Source: Escherichia phage vB_EcoS-CHD5UKE2
Reading direction: 5' to 3' (one strand)
Sequence record: NC_073059.1
Length of the DNA: 45,243 nt
The position numbers and the translations under genes are program-made. Shown here piece after piece: positions 1 through 8,074 of the stretch. Below the pieces are notes generated by a model that ran no database searches, was not told where the DNA came from, and saw only the letters and a program-made list of their open reading frames with translations. Positions within the stretch are counted from its first letter, which is position 1. Each line of letters starts with the position of its first letter.

Positions 1-127
1 CCCCCGTCTAGTCTGAAAGACTGGGAGTTGTCCCGCCTGTCCCGATCGGCTGAAACCCGCGGCAGCACTGACGGGGACGGGGTGCTGTCCCGCTTTGTCC
101 CGCCCCTTGTTTGTCCCGCTTTCTGTC
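1..127. repeat. Terminal duplication: identical to 45117..45243 (assembly overlap of a circular/permuted genome, or a short direct terminal repeat)
   Basis: Direct comparison of window start and end; 127/127 identical, both truncated by the window edges. Confidence 0.9.
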
Positions 128-300
128 CCGTTTGTTTTATGCACGAAATCTGAATAGGTATGCATATTTAGGGGGCGGGACAGATCGGGACGTCCCGCTT
201 GTCCCACTTTGAGTTTATGCAATGAAAGTGAGTAGATATGCAGTTTTACAGGGGGCGGGGCAAAACGGGACAGATCGGGACGTCCCGCTTGTCCCGCTTC
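1..300. repeat. Iteron-bearing structured element, copy A, 3' part: GTCCCGC direct repeats about one helical turn apart, inverted CGGGAC/GTCCCG palindromes, TTATGCA boxes
   Basis: GTCCCGC/GTCCCG at about 30, 39, 98, 108, 122, 191, 201, 281, 291; palindrome cgggacgtcccg at about 185..196 and 275..286; AT-rich spacers with TTATGCA. Confidence 0.8.
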
Positions 301-301
301 A

Positions 302-978
302 TTATGCGGGGTTTTGTTGCGCCATTTCGTCAAGCGCGATCCGTTCCATTAGCTTTATATCTTTAAATGCACGTTGCTCGTTTTCGATGCCGTGCATCTT
401 AAATAGCCACTCCAGAACTCCGTAGTCGATGCCGTATGCCCCACCGAATCCGGTGCGCCATTGCGTAGAGCAATCTGTGAAGACTGCGACTATCTTCGCG
501 TTGTCGGGCCATAGCGCAACAGACGGGCAAACATCTTCGGGGGCCGCGCCCCATAAACTTGCGGCTACATCTTCGGAGGGTGGCGGCGGGCCATAAAAGC
601 GTCGCGCCGCCTCAATTAGTTTTTTTCACGTAGTCCCATCAATTCGAGGTAGTACGAGGTGTGGAACACGCCGAACGCACGGGGGTAGTTGACTACCAGA
701 CGGCGGACGTTCTCAGCGTTAAATTGGTCTGGCAGATTCCAGCCTTCAGCGACGTGCATGATGGCCTCAACCATAACGTTAAAGCCGTCAGGGTCATTGT
801 CGTCATATTCCGATAGCTTGCGTTCGGTGTCCTGCATGGTCTGCGAAAACTCGTCGATCGGGCGGTGGCGGACGGTAAACGTCATCTTGCCTGGTTCGTT
901 CTCACCAGGGCGCGGGATCTCAATCGGCAGCTTAAAGGTCGGCTTAGGGTCAAGTGTGAAGAGTGGTGCTTTAGCCAT
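302..978 (-). CDS. Tail assembly chaperone -1 frameshift fusion product (gpGT-like); frame switches at 619..625
   Basis: Hand translation of the -1 frame from the heptamer gives 105 open sense codons (LIEAARRFYGPPPPSEDVAASLWGAAPEDVCPSVALWPDNAKIVAVF...LDEMAQQNPA) ending at TAA 302..304. Confidence 0.55.
616..978 (-). CDS. Tail assembly chaperone (gpG-like), frame-0 product
   Basis: Lies between major tail and tape measure genes; ATG at 978 with RBS GGAG 9 nt upstream (ORF-track start at 993 is a TTG); ends ...GLREKN-TAA directly on a slippery heptamer. Confidence 0.6.
   Translation of the reverse strand: MAKAPLFTLDPKPTFKLPIEIPRPGENEPGKMTFTVRHRPIDEFSQTMQDTERKLSEYDDNDPDGFNVMVEAIMHVAEGWNLPDQFNAENVRRLVVNYPRAFGVFHTSYYLELMGLREKN
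619..625 (-). other. Programmed -1 ribosomal frameshift slippery heptamer A_AAA_AAC with downstream stem-loop
   Basis: Heptamer is in X_XXY_YYZ register with the chaperone frame; 7-bp GC stem GGCGGCG (611..605) pairs with CGCCGCC (588..582), 16-nt loop, starting 8 nt after the heptamer. Confidence 0.55.
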
Positions 979-1000
979 TGTAATATTCTCCAATAAAAAA

Positions 1001-1017
1001 GGGGCCGTGCAGGCCCC
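1001..1017 (-). terminator. Rho-independent terminator after the major tail protein gene
   Basis: Hairpin ggggcc-gtgca-ggcccc followed on the minus strand by a T-tract (A-run 994..1000 on plus). Confidence 0.55.
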
Positions 1018-1047
1018 ATATTAACACTCGCTATTTAAGCGACCAAA

Positions 1048-1773
1048 TCAAGACAATGCCTCGACCAGATCCTTACGGTAGATAACCATATCAGACTGCA
1101 TGGTCAGAGTGGATTGTACCGTTTCCACGTTGTTTACTTCAGCGGACGGAATCTTCTGGAAAGATACCTTAGCCGGGTAAATACGAATTTCACCTTTTCC
1201 GCTTGCTGCCGCTGGGTTCGTGAACTTAATAACAGTGGTTTTCTGTGTATCGTCCAGGTCTTCCAGGATAGGGCGGATCGGGTCTTCTTCGTCGTGAGTG
1301 AAGGTGTAAGTCTGGACCAACGGGTTTTTCGTGGTGTTCAGACTGATCGCGGTGTTAACCTGCAACGGCTGGAAGGTAGTCGTCTGCTGGTCGCCACCAG
1401 AAACGGCAACGTTAGTGATAAACGGGAAGTCGATAAAGCTCGACACCTTCACCACTTCACCCGGAGTGCCTACGCCAAAAGCGCCGGTGGGATATTTGGT
1501 GACGTCTTCGGTGTCGAAGCGCGCCAGCGTCACGTCGGTAGTCGCCACTTTACCCACGATGAACGCGCGGTTCAGCGCACGGACCCACGGGGTTTTAGTG
1601 AACATAACCACGTCGCCTACTGCCAGGCCGTGGCCTTCCGCGCAGGTAATAACGCAACCAGTGGTAAGGTCGGAGATTGACGCGGTGGCGTTGGTAGCTG
1701 CCGTAACCGCGATGCCTGCGCCTAATACGGACCCAATCTGGACGCTGGACCCGTTAGGAAGTTGATAACCCAT
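1048..1773 (-). CDS. Major tail (tube) protein
   Basis: 241 aa; position immediately upstream of chaperone and tape measure; RBS AGGAG 8 nt before ATG 1773; terminator downstream. Confidence 0.55.
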   Translation of the reverse strand: MGYQLPNGSSVQIGSVLGAGIAVTAATNATASISDLTTGCVITCAEGHGLAVGDVVMFTKTPWVRALNRAFIVGKVATTDVTLARFDTEDVTKYPTGAFGVGTPGEVVKVSSFIDFPFITNVAVSGGDQQTTTFQPLQVNTAISLNTTKNPLVQTYTFTHDEEDPIRPILEDLDDTQKTTVIKFTNPAAASGKGEIRIYPAKVSFQKIPSAEVNNVETVQSTLTMQSDMVIYRKDLVEALS

Positions 1774-1833
1774 AATGAAGCTCCTGTTTAGATATACGGA
1801 TTAATGATACAGCACGCGCAGAATTGCGCCAAA

Positions 1834-2256
1834 TCAGGCGCAACAGTTATACAGGACCGATACCACGATGCGGGCGCGGTCGTCATCTTCAATCACCGAA
1901 CTGGTGTATGGCGCGTCCTGAAGCTGGAAAGCCGCGCCAGCAATCTTGACGCCCTGCCACTTGGCTGACGTCGCGATGGCGTCCGCCAGTTCGCTCGCGT
2001 ACTGTGTGCCAGTGCCCGCAGGAAACACTACGGCAACCTGATAGACGCCTGCATAGATCCGGCCCTTCTGCTGAATGCCAACAAACTGGGTCGGGGCCGG
2101 AAGCAAGTACGGCTCCAGGTACACGCCATTGCCGTTAGCGTGGTCGCCCTTCACGTTCTCCCAGTTAACCTTGATCGGGCGCTGGTTAGTGCTCAGGCTA
2201 ACCGCTAATTCTTCTACTACGCTGTTAAACGCCTTGCGGATTAGAGTATTGCTCAT
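1834..2256 (-). CDS. Head-tail joining / tail completion protein (putative)
   Basis: 140 aa; position between connector genes and major tail gene; RBS AAGGTGA before ATG 2256. Confidence 0.4.
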   Translation of the reverse strand: MSNTLIRKAFNSVVEELAVSLSTNQRPIKVNWENVKGDHANGNGVYLEPYLLPAPTQFVGIQQKGRIYAGVYQVAVVFPAGTGTQYASELADAIATSAKWQGVKIAGAAFQLQDAPYTSSVIEDDDRARIVVSVLYNCCA

Positions 2257-2849
2257 TATTTCACCTTAGAATTGATTTCTGCCGCTACGACGCGAACAAT
2301 CCCCGCGGGCGCTTGTTTACTCCAGCCATACTCCAGTCGCTGCGCGTACGGCACGTTGTTAGTAAACCAGATAGACCCATATTCGCCAGAATCGTAATGC
2401 GCCAGCACGTCACGCCCCGCGGCTAATGTTGCCGTTCCAGCCTTGTCCACCCGGTCAACCGCGCCAACAGCCGGACGGTCGAAAGACACCTGCCAGTTTC
2501 CCCGGAAGCGTCCGCCGGTGTAGTTCTTCGCGGCCCAGCCACGCTGGCGGAACGTGACGTTGCCGTTTTTAGTCTTGAACGATACGAGGACACTGGCGTG
2601 CTTTTTCTGCCCGCGCTTCAGTTTGCCACCATTCTTACGGCGCTGTGCGGCGTTCACCTTGCTCGCGTGCTGGCGGGCCATCGCGTACGCCTTGTTTATC
2701 TTCCACCGGCGGGGGTCGCCCACCGGGGAGATCTCAATCAGGCGTCCGAGTATTTGCATACCGGTCGCCCGCACCGCCTTGTCGTTGTTCTCCTTCGTCT
2801 TATCTACCCATGTTGCAATGGTAGCGGCGAACGAGTAGACCTCAGCCAC
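2256..2849 (-). CDS. Head-tail connector / neck protein (putative)
   Basis: 197 aa; GTG start at 2849 with RBS AAGGGG; stop overlaps next start. Confidence 0.4.
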   Translation of the reverse strand: MAEVYSFAATIATWVDKTKENNDKAVRATGMQILGRLIEISPVGDPRRWKINKAYAMARQHASKVNAAQRRKNGGKLKRGQKKHASVLVSFKTKNGNVTFRQRGWAAKNYTGGRFRGNWQVSFDRPAVGAVDRVDKAGTATLAAGRDVLAHYDSGEYGSIWFTNNVPYAQRLEYGWSKQAPAGIVRVVAAEINSKVK

Positions 2850-2850
2850 G

Positions 2851-3204
2851 TTAGCCCCTTAGCTGTAATTGAAACAGCATGGTAGTGCCAGCCGGTTGCA
2901 GTGGGGTGGGATTGATAACACGGTAATCTGTGTTATTCAGGTTAACCAGATCGCCTACCTGCACTTGCTCCGCCGCCTGACATAAGAACTTAACATCACC
3001 GGCAATGACCCGAGTCCCGTCGATCTCACGAGGCTTGTACTCCTCTCGAAGCCCGATGATATCAAACGACGTTGGCGGGATTACTATCTCGTTGCCGTCT
3101 ACGCGGTCAACCGATCCAGGACGCGTCACGGTAACTGTCATGCCGAATTTTTTAATCAGCGGATTTACTTTCCGCTTTAAGCCTGCGTAGTCAAATCCCG
3201 CCAT
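2851..3204 (-). CDS. Head-tail connector protein (putative)
   Basis: ORF-track start 3288 gives an Arg-rich N-terminus; in-frame ATG at 3204 (MAGFDYAGL...) is more plausible. Confidence 0.4.
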   Translation of the reverse strand: MAGFDYAGLKRKVNPLIKKFGMTVTVTRPGSVDRVDGNEIVIPPTSFDIIGLREEYKPREIDGTRVIAGDVKFLCQAAEQVQVGDLVNLNNTDYRVINPTPLQPAGTTMLFQLQLRG

Positions 3205-3305
3205 CGTCTTCCTCCTTCGCCGGTACTTCCGGCGGTACTGGTTCTTCCTCTTTCTCTTTCGTCGCCAGCGCCGCCAGCAACGCTGCAATAACAGCCGGAT
3301 TCATA

Positions 3306-3806
3306 TTAGCCCCTGTATACGTCAAAGTTACCTGAAGCGTTGCCGTCTACGTTCACCCAGTAGCCCAGCAAGCCATCCCACCACGGGAACGCCACATATC
3401 CGCCAATCGTCGCGGGGTCATATTCCATCGTGATCGGGCCAACCGTTTCGCGAATAGTCTCTTTGCCACCGCCGATCGGAGAAATATCAATATCGTCCGC
3501 CACCAGCATCGCCAACCGGTAAACGGCTTGTTCAACGGCAACGGGAATTGATGCGAAGTCTACGATTTGCCCGGCAGGCACTACCGCCACAACTTCAGTG
3601 AGCGTGTCTCGCACCGGCTTACCGTCTGACGGGTAGTTGATGCGGGGCCATGCGTCGATTCCGGTCTGGTCCGCTTGTTCGCCGATCCAGTTGATGCCGT
3701 TAAGGAAGTCATTAACGATGGTAAGGTGTCGCGTTGCATCGCCCAGCGTAATCTCAACGCCTCGCGCAGCGGCATAATCAGTAAAGGTTTGCGGGTCGCC
3801 ATACAT
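3306..3806 (-). CDS. Head completion / connector protein (putative)
   Basis: ATG 3806 preceded by RBS AGGAG (8 nt); the longer ORF start at 3836 falls inside the capsid-gene terminator hairpin. Confidence 0.45.
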   Translation of the reverse strand: MYGDPQTFTDYAAARGVEITLGDATRHLTIVNDFLNGINWIGEQADQTGIDAWPRINYPSDGKPVRDTLTEVVAVVPAGQIVDFASIPVAVEQAVYRLAMLVADDIDISPIGGGKETIRETVGPITMEYDPATIGGYVAFPWWDGLLGYWVNVDGNASGNFDVYRG

Positions 3807-3827
3807 TTTATTCGCTCCTATAAAAAA

Positions 3828-3845
3828 GGCGGGCATAAGCCCGCC
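3828..3845 (-). terminator. Rho-independent terminator after the major capsid gene
   Basis: Hairpin ggcgggc-ataa-gcccgcc with T6 following on the minus strand. Confidence 0.6.
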
Positions 3846-3864
3846 CCTTTGGGATGTGCGCCGA

Positions 3865-4965
3865 TTAGGACGCGCTGGTCGGAGTCAGCGTAACCAGTAC
3901 GCCAGCCGTTTCCTTGATGTTACGGGTCGGCACGGCCTGTGCTGCCTGGGTCTTGCGACGGCCTTTAGTATCGCCATCACCCACCGCGCCAACATCCTGG
4001 ACGGTTGCCGGAGCGTTGTCTACCTGGCCCTGATCCAGCTCCCAGTTGTCCTTGGTGGTGATATCCGCCAGTGTGAACGAGCGGACACCTTCAACCGGAG
4101 TACGAGCGGACGCCTTCAGACGATAGCCTTTAACAGCCACGTTGAAGTCGAACTCACCCTGCCACCAGCGCTCGATGTTCTCGTTACCGCCTTTTTCCTG
4201 CGCCAGCATATCGAGGCCGTTGGTGGTAACTGCAACCGCGCCAGGGACCAGACCCAGCATTTTGCCCGCGCCCATAGCATCGGCAGCGGCATCGGAGATA
4301 ATGAAACGACGGCCCAGGCCATCACCCATTACTTGCAGATCGCCGATCGCGAATACCTGCTCAGCGGAAGGCAGCGCCTGGTACGCAATGAAGTTAGCCC
4401 AGGTAACGCCATCCATAAACCAGGACTTAATCAAAGACGCCTGATCGCCGAACTTAGAAGCCGCCAGAGGGAAGTCTGCCAGGGTCGGGAAAGTACGACC
4501 GCCAACGCCATCAACGCGCGCCGGTTGGGTGTATGCTGCCGCTGCGTTGCTTTCGATCGCCGCTTTACTTGCGCCGATACCGGCCTTCAGGTAATGCAGC
4601 ATAATCGCTTGAGTAGCCTGTGCCGCAATCTCAGCCGCAACGCTGTTAACGTTGGTTTCGATCTTAGCCATCATAGCCTTAGTGATTGCAACCGGACCCA
4701 CTTTCGCGGAGAGGTTAACCGAGTTGGTCAGCATACGCGCCAGCACTTTAGCGGTTGCCGGAGTACCGACAGGTGCATATGCGTTACGGTCAGTAACGAG
4801 GTTGGCGATCAAGCCGACGGACATTTTTTCTACAACGTCCTTCAGCACTTCACCTGTACCGAGAACAACAGCGCCATTAGCGGCAGCGTTGAACACGTTC
4901 AGGTTGTCGGGGATCATTTGCGTAACCGCGGTAACGAGTTTACGCTGGAACACTGTTAAAGACAT
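3865..4965 (-). CDS. Major capsid protein
   Basis: 366 aa directly downstream of the scaffold gene; RBS AAAGGA before ATG 4965; terminator after the gene. Confidence 0.65.
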   Translation of the reverse strand: MSLTVFQRKLVTAVTQMIPDNLNVFNAAANGAVVLGTGEVLKDVVEKMSVGLIANLVTDRNAYAPVGTPATAKVLARMLTNSVNLSAKVGPVAITKAMMAKIETNVNSVAAEIAAQATQAIMLHYLKAGIGASKAAIESNAAAAYTQPARVDGVGGRTFPTLADFPLAASKFGDQASLIKSWFMDGVTWANFIAYQALPSAEQVFAIGDLQVMGDGLGRRFIISDAAADAMGAGKMLGLVPGAVAVTTNGLDMLAQEKGGNENIERWWQGEFDFNVAVKGYRLKASARTPVEGVRSFTLADITTKDNWELDQGQVDNAPATVQDVGAVGDGDTKGRRKTQAAQAVPTRNIKETAGVLVTLTPTSAS

Positions 4966-5062
4966 ATCGAAATCCTTTGAGTTGTGAGCATTCGCCCAGT
5001 GACGTTAATGTTACCTTAGATTTACGCGCTCGCAAAATCGCCAGCTTTCGCGGGCGATCTGC

Positions 5063-5767
5063 TTACTCGTCGTCGCCCATCTTAGCGATGATATCCCCTG
5101 CCTGTTTCGTCAGGTCCGTGATACCGAAGCTATGGCCCATCGTGATTTTAGACTTCGCATCTTCGATAACCTGTGTCGGTTTGCTCGGAGCGCCACCAGC
5201 GGGCGTGCCAGCCAGGACGGATGCAAAATCAGCGTTATTACGGAACTCTTTTTCAAGCTCGTCCATAGTCAGCGCGGACGGTTTGCCATCCTGCAAGACA
5301 CGCACTTTCAAGCTGCCGTCTTCACCGTCTTCCAGCGCGAGGCGCTCCATTACGTGGCGTTGCATGATGCCAGCATTCTTACCAAACAGCTTCGATGCCA
5401 GGTCTTTGGCAGCGCTGCCGATAGTGAGGTCGTGGATCTGCTTGCGATAGGATTCGATTTTCCCCGATGTGTCTGCTTCGTGTTTTGCAAACTTATCCTT
5501 CCAAGACTTATCGATCGCTTCGAGGTCGCCATTTTTGCGCGCGGCGGCTTCCTCTTTCTCTTTCGCAAGGCGCTCGGCTTCGGCGCGGCGTTCAGCTTCT
5601 GCTTTCTTCTCGCTCACCAGCTTTGCGTTGTTGTCTTTCAGACCCTTGATTTCCGCCTGTACTTCCTCAGCGGACATAAATGTTGATTTATACCCGTCGC
5701 CATCGGCAACAAAAAGCGCCTTCATACCTTCCGGCAACGCGTCATATTCTGCTTTAGTAAGTTTCAT
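5063..5767 (-). CDS. Scaffolding protein
   Basis: Start revised to ATG 5767 (MKLTKAEYDALPEG...) with RBS AGGGGGA; charged coiled-coil segment (KKAEAERRAEAERLAKEKEE); lies before the capsid gene. Confidence 0.55.
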   Translation of the reverse strand: MKLTKAEYDALPEGMKALFVADGDGYKSTFMSAEEVQAEIKGLKDNNAKLVSEKKAEAERRAEAERLAKEKEEAAARKNGDLEAIDKSWKDKFAKHEADTSGKIESYRKQIHDLTIGSAAKDLASKLFGKNAGIMQRHVMERLALEDGEDGSLKVRVLQDGKPSALTMDELEKEFRNNADFASVLAGTPAGGAPSKPTQVIEDAKSKITMGHSFGITDLTKQAGDIIAKMGDDE

Positions 5768-5857
5768 GCTATCCCCCTGGGATTGTGGCAGAGCGGGCCA
5801 CCCGCTCGACTTCACGCTTCTAATATTATCAGCGATAAAAATAATCGCAAAATTCGC

Positions 5858-5887
5858 TTGCAATCCTGGTATTGGTTGCACTATATT
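5858..5887 (+). promoter_or_regulatory. Sigma70-like promoter for the plus-strand island
   Basis: -35 TTGCAA (5858..5863), 18-bp spacer containing ATTGGTTGCA, -10 TATATT (5882..5887); second TTGGTTGCA at 5886..5894. Confidence 0.5.
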
Positions 5888-5922
5888 GGTTGCACACCAA
5901 CAGAGATATGAAGGAAAACAAA

Positions 5923-6237
5923 ATGAATAACATGACCGTAGCAACTCCAGTAGATGCAGCAATGACCCGTTTCAATAAAGCTGCCGTTGCCAATACCTTT
6001 ACCTTTCACGCGATGCGTAACGCTGAAGCGCTGAATCTGTGCCAGAGCATGAACGCTACTGAAGCTGCGAAAGCTGCGATCAATTCCGCAACCTTCGATA
6101 ATCCGGCTTGTGGTCTGGTTCCGGCATCTTTCATCAACGCCCTGGTCGAAGCCTTTAACGATTTCATGTGCGTTGATGCCGTTGAAGCAGTATGCGCTCG
6201 CTTAACCTCCATCGGTGGCAACATCAAGTTTAACTAA
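5923..6237 (+). CDS. Hypothetical protein (first gene of the plus-strand island)
   Basis: ATG 5923 with RBS AAGGAAAAC; 104 aa; no recognised motif. Confidence 0.5.
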   Translation: MNNMTVATPVDAAMTRFNKAAVANTFTFHAMRNAEALNLCQSMNATEAAKAAINSATFDNPACGLVPASFINALVEAFNDFMCVDAVEAVCARLTSIGGNIKFN

Positions 6238-6276
6238 ACCAAATGGGGCGAAAGCCCCAACAATGAGGAAACACAA

Positions 6277-7041
6277 ATGAGACTGACAAAAGACATTAAA
6301 AACCAGATTCTGGCTAACATCCTGCGCGGCCACGAAATCGCGACTGAAGCCAAATCAATCATGATGGACTCTCGCGACCTGGCGTACGCAATTACGCTGG
6401 ACTGTATGCCAAAAGGCATTCACACGTTCGCCGAGCTACGCGCATATATCGCAGAAATCCGCGATAACCAGTCGCAGATGTACGGCGTCAGCGTTTACAC
6501 CGACAAGGCGACGTATAGCTATAACAAAGACCGTCAGAAAGGCATTGGACGCGTTTACTGCTCCACTTTCGAAATCAACGCAGGCGGTAACATCCGTACC
6601 CTGCATATGAGCGGCGACGGATACCGCTACCGCCAGCACCGCGGATACTGGGAAGAAAAATATATGAATACGCTCGCGCCTGACGTTAGCGATATTGTAC
6701 CGGGGTACGAGGAAATTATGCTCGCGTCAGTATGTGAAGTGGATGAGGACGGAAAAGCGCTGCCGATATATCTACCACGCGGTCGCGTAGACTACCCGGC
6801 AGAGCATGATTTCTGCAAGCGCCTGGACCACAACGACAAGGCCCGCCGTGAATTGCGTGCGAAGTATGACGCGTTCAAACTAACCGTTACCGGCGTGCTG
6901 GATATGCACAATACTGACAAGAAGCTGATCGCGGCGTGGCCTGAAGTTGAACAATTCATTCCATACCCGGACAAGCCGAAGTCAACGGCAGTAGCGCTGG
7001 ATGTGAAGACGTTAAACGAAATCTGCGGTATTCCGCGCTAA
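6277..7041 (+). CDS. Hypothetical protein (island gene 2)
   Basis: 254 aa ORF with RBS GAGGAAACA; no recognised motif. Confidence 0.55.
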   Translation: MRLTKDIKNQILANILRGHEIATEAKSIMMDSRDLAYAITLDCMPKGIHTFAELRAYIAEIRDNQSQMYGVSVYTDKATYSYNKDRQKGIGRVYCSTFEINAGGNIRTLHMSGDGYRYRQHRGYWEEKYMNTLAPDVSDIVPGYEEIMLASVCEVDEDGKALPIYLPRGRVDYPAEHDFCKRLDHNDKARRELRAKYDAFKLTVTGVLDMHNTDKKLIAAWPEVEQFIPYPDKPKSTAVALDVKTLNEICGIPR

Positions 7042-7098
7042 CAAAAGGGGGCTGTAATGGCCCCGAATTATCGTCTACATAACCACGAGGAAATTAAA

Positions 7099-7614
7099 AT
7101 GATTAAAGTTAACTACGCCGATCTTAAAGCCGCTACGATATGCGCCGCAACTAATGACGTCCGATACTTCCTAAATGGTGTATTTTTCGACGAGAAAGGA
7201 TACATCGTGGCTACAGACGGTCACCGTTTGTTCTGCGGGTCTGCGGTTGTACCAGAAGGTGAAAGTAAAATAGTATCAATTAAAGGCCGCTTACCTACTA
7301 AATTCGAATACTGCAACATAGACGGCACCTCCGCCGCGTTCTTCGATAGTAAAGACGTATTAATAGCTACCATACCCATCGAGATTGTAGACGGGCTATT
7401 ATTTCCAGACTGGAGAAGAGTTACGTCTTTCATCAGCAATAAAGTGGAGGCTATCGGGTTTAACGGGGCATACCTATCCGACGCCTGCAAAATTGCTAAA
7501 TTGTTCGACCGTAAGTTTGAGGGATTAAAACTGGAATTTCAGGGAGTAGACAAGGCAACACGCGTGCTGTTCAAAGGAGGTGCCTTTTTAGTTATCATGC
7601 CGATGCGTTTGTAG
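7099..7614 (+). CDS. Truncated DNA polymerase III beta sliding-clamp (DnaN) homologue, about 171 aa
   Basis: Recalled DnaN signatures: DVRYFLNGVFF, ATDGHRL, FPDWRRV, AIGFNGAYLSD and C-terminal VIMPMRL (E. coli beta ends VVMPMRL); ATG 7099 with RBS GAGG; ORF-track start at 7057 lies in a hairpin. Confidence 0.6.
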   Translation: MIKVNYADLKAATICAATNDVRYFLNGVFFDEKGYIVATDGHRLFCGSAVVPEGESKIVSIKGRLPTKFEYCNIDGTSAAFFDSKDVLIATIPIEIVDGLLFPDWRRVTSFISNKVEAIGFNGAYLSDACKIAKLFDRKFEGLKLEFQGVDKATRVLFKGGAFLVIMPMRL

Positions 7615-7624
7615 TTAACAAAAA

Positions 7625-7643
7625 GGGGGCCATCACGGCCCCC
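7625..7643. terminator. Bidirectional terminator hairpin between the convergent island and spanin genes
   Basis: gggggcc-atcac-ggccccc with A-run upstream and T-run downstream. Confidence 0.5.
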
Positions 7644-7863
7644 GAATTATTTTCTGCAACTCCAGCACTTGCGCCCTTAGCTTAGCCCCGCATTCCATAT
7701 TTTTAACATCAACCAGCAAGTCTTCGTCTGGATCTGCCGATGCATTCTCAAAGGTGCAAGGCGGTCTATAGACCGACTCGGTTAGCGGCGTCGATGGCGC
7801 TTTGCTTGATCCGCACGCGCTCAGCATCAAAACTACAATCAGGACGGTTAGGACGCGTAACAT
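7633..7863 (-). CDS. Outer-membrane spanin (Rz1-like lipoprotein)
   Basis: Signal peptide with lipobox LSAC (MLRVLTVLIVVLMLSAC); RBS AGAGG; overlaps the 3' end of the i-spanin gene in another frame. Confidence 0.6.
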   Translation of the reverse strand: MLRVLTVLIVVLMLSACGSSKAPSTPLTESVYRPPCTFENASADPDEDLLVDVKNMECGAKLRAQVLELQKIIRGP

Positions 7864-8074
7864 ATTTTACAACCTCTTTCGTGATAGTCCGGTATTCCAC
7901 GTCGCGGGCTTGCTCAGCCTTCACCGACCCCTCAACAACCTTAGTTTGCTGCCGTTGGGCTTCCGCTTGCGCTTCTTGCGCCGCTTTCGCCACAACGCCA
8001 GTGCGGTAGGAATCACCCTGCCAGAATCCAACCGCCAGACCGATAACTAGTCCGATCGCCGCATATTTAATCAC
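7766..8074 (-). CDS. Inner-membrane spanin (Rz-like)
   Basis: N-terminal TM helix (IKYAAIGLVIGLAVGFW) and coiled-coil periplasmic part; no in-frame ATG, so GTG at 8074 (RBS GGGGG) is proposed instead of TTG at 8104. Confidence 0.55.
   Translation of the reverse strand: MIKYAAIGLVIGLAVGFWQGDSYRTGVVAKAAQEAQAEAQRQQTKVVEGSVKAEQARDVEYRTITKEVVKYVTRPNRPDCSFDAERVRIKQSAIDAANRVGL

Noticed and set aside
222-425. 67-aa plus-strand ORF inside the GTCCCGC repeat block
   Set aside because: Lies within the iteron/palindrome region and opposite the frameshift extension of the tail chaperone; composition is driven by the repeats and it has no convincing RBS
3856-4959. 367-aa plus-strand ORF spanning almost exactly the same interval as the major capsid gene
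   Set aside because: Antisense shadow ORF: Arg/Cys-rich low-complexity translation and no RBS, while the minus-strand gene has an RBS, a terminator and operon context
5132-5686. 184-aa plus-strand ORF antisense to the scaffolding gene (also 5469..5930)
   Set aside because: Antisense to a gene with better start signals and context; hydrophobic/Cys-rich nonsense composition
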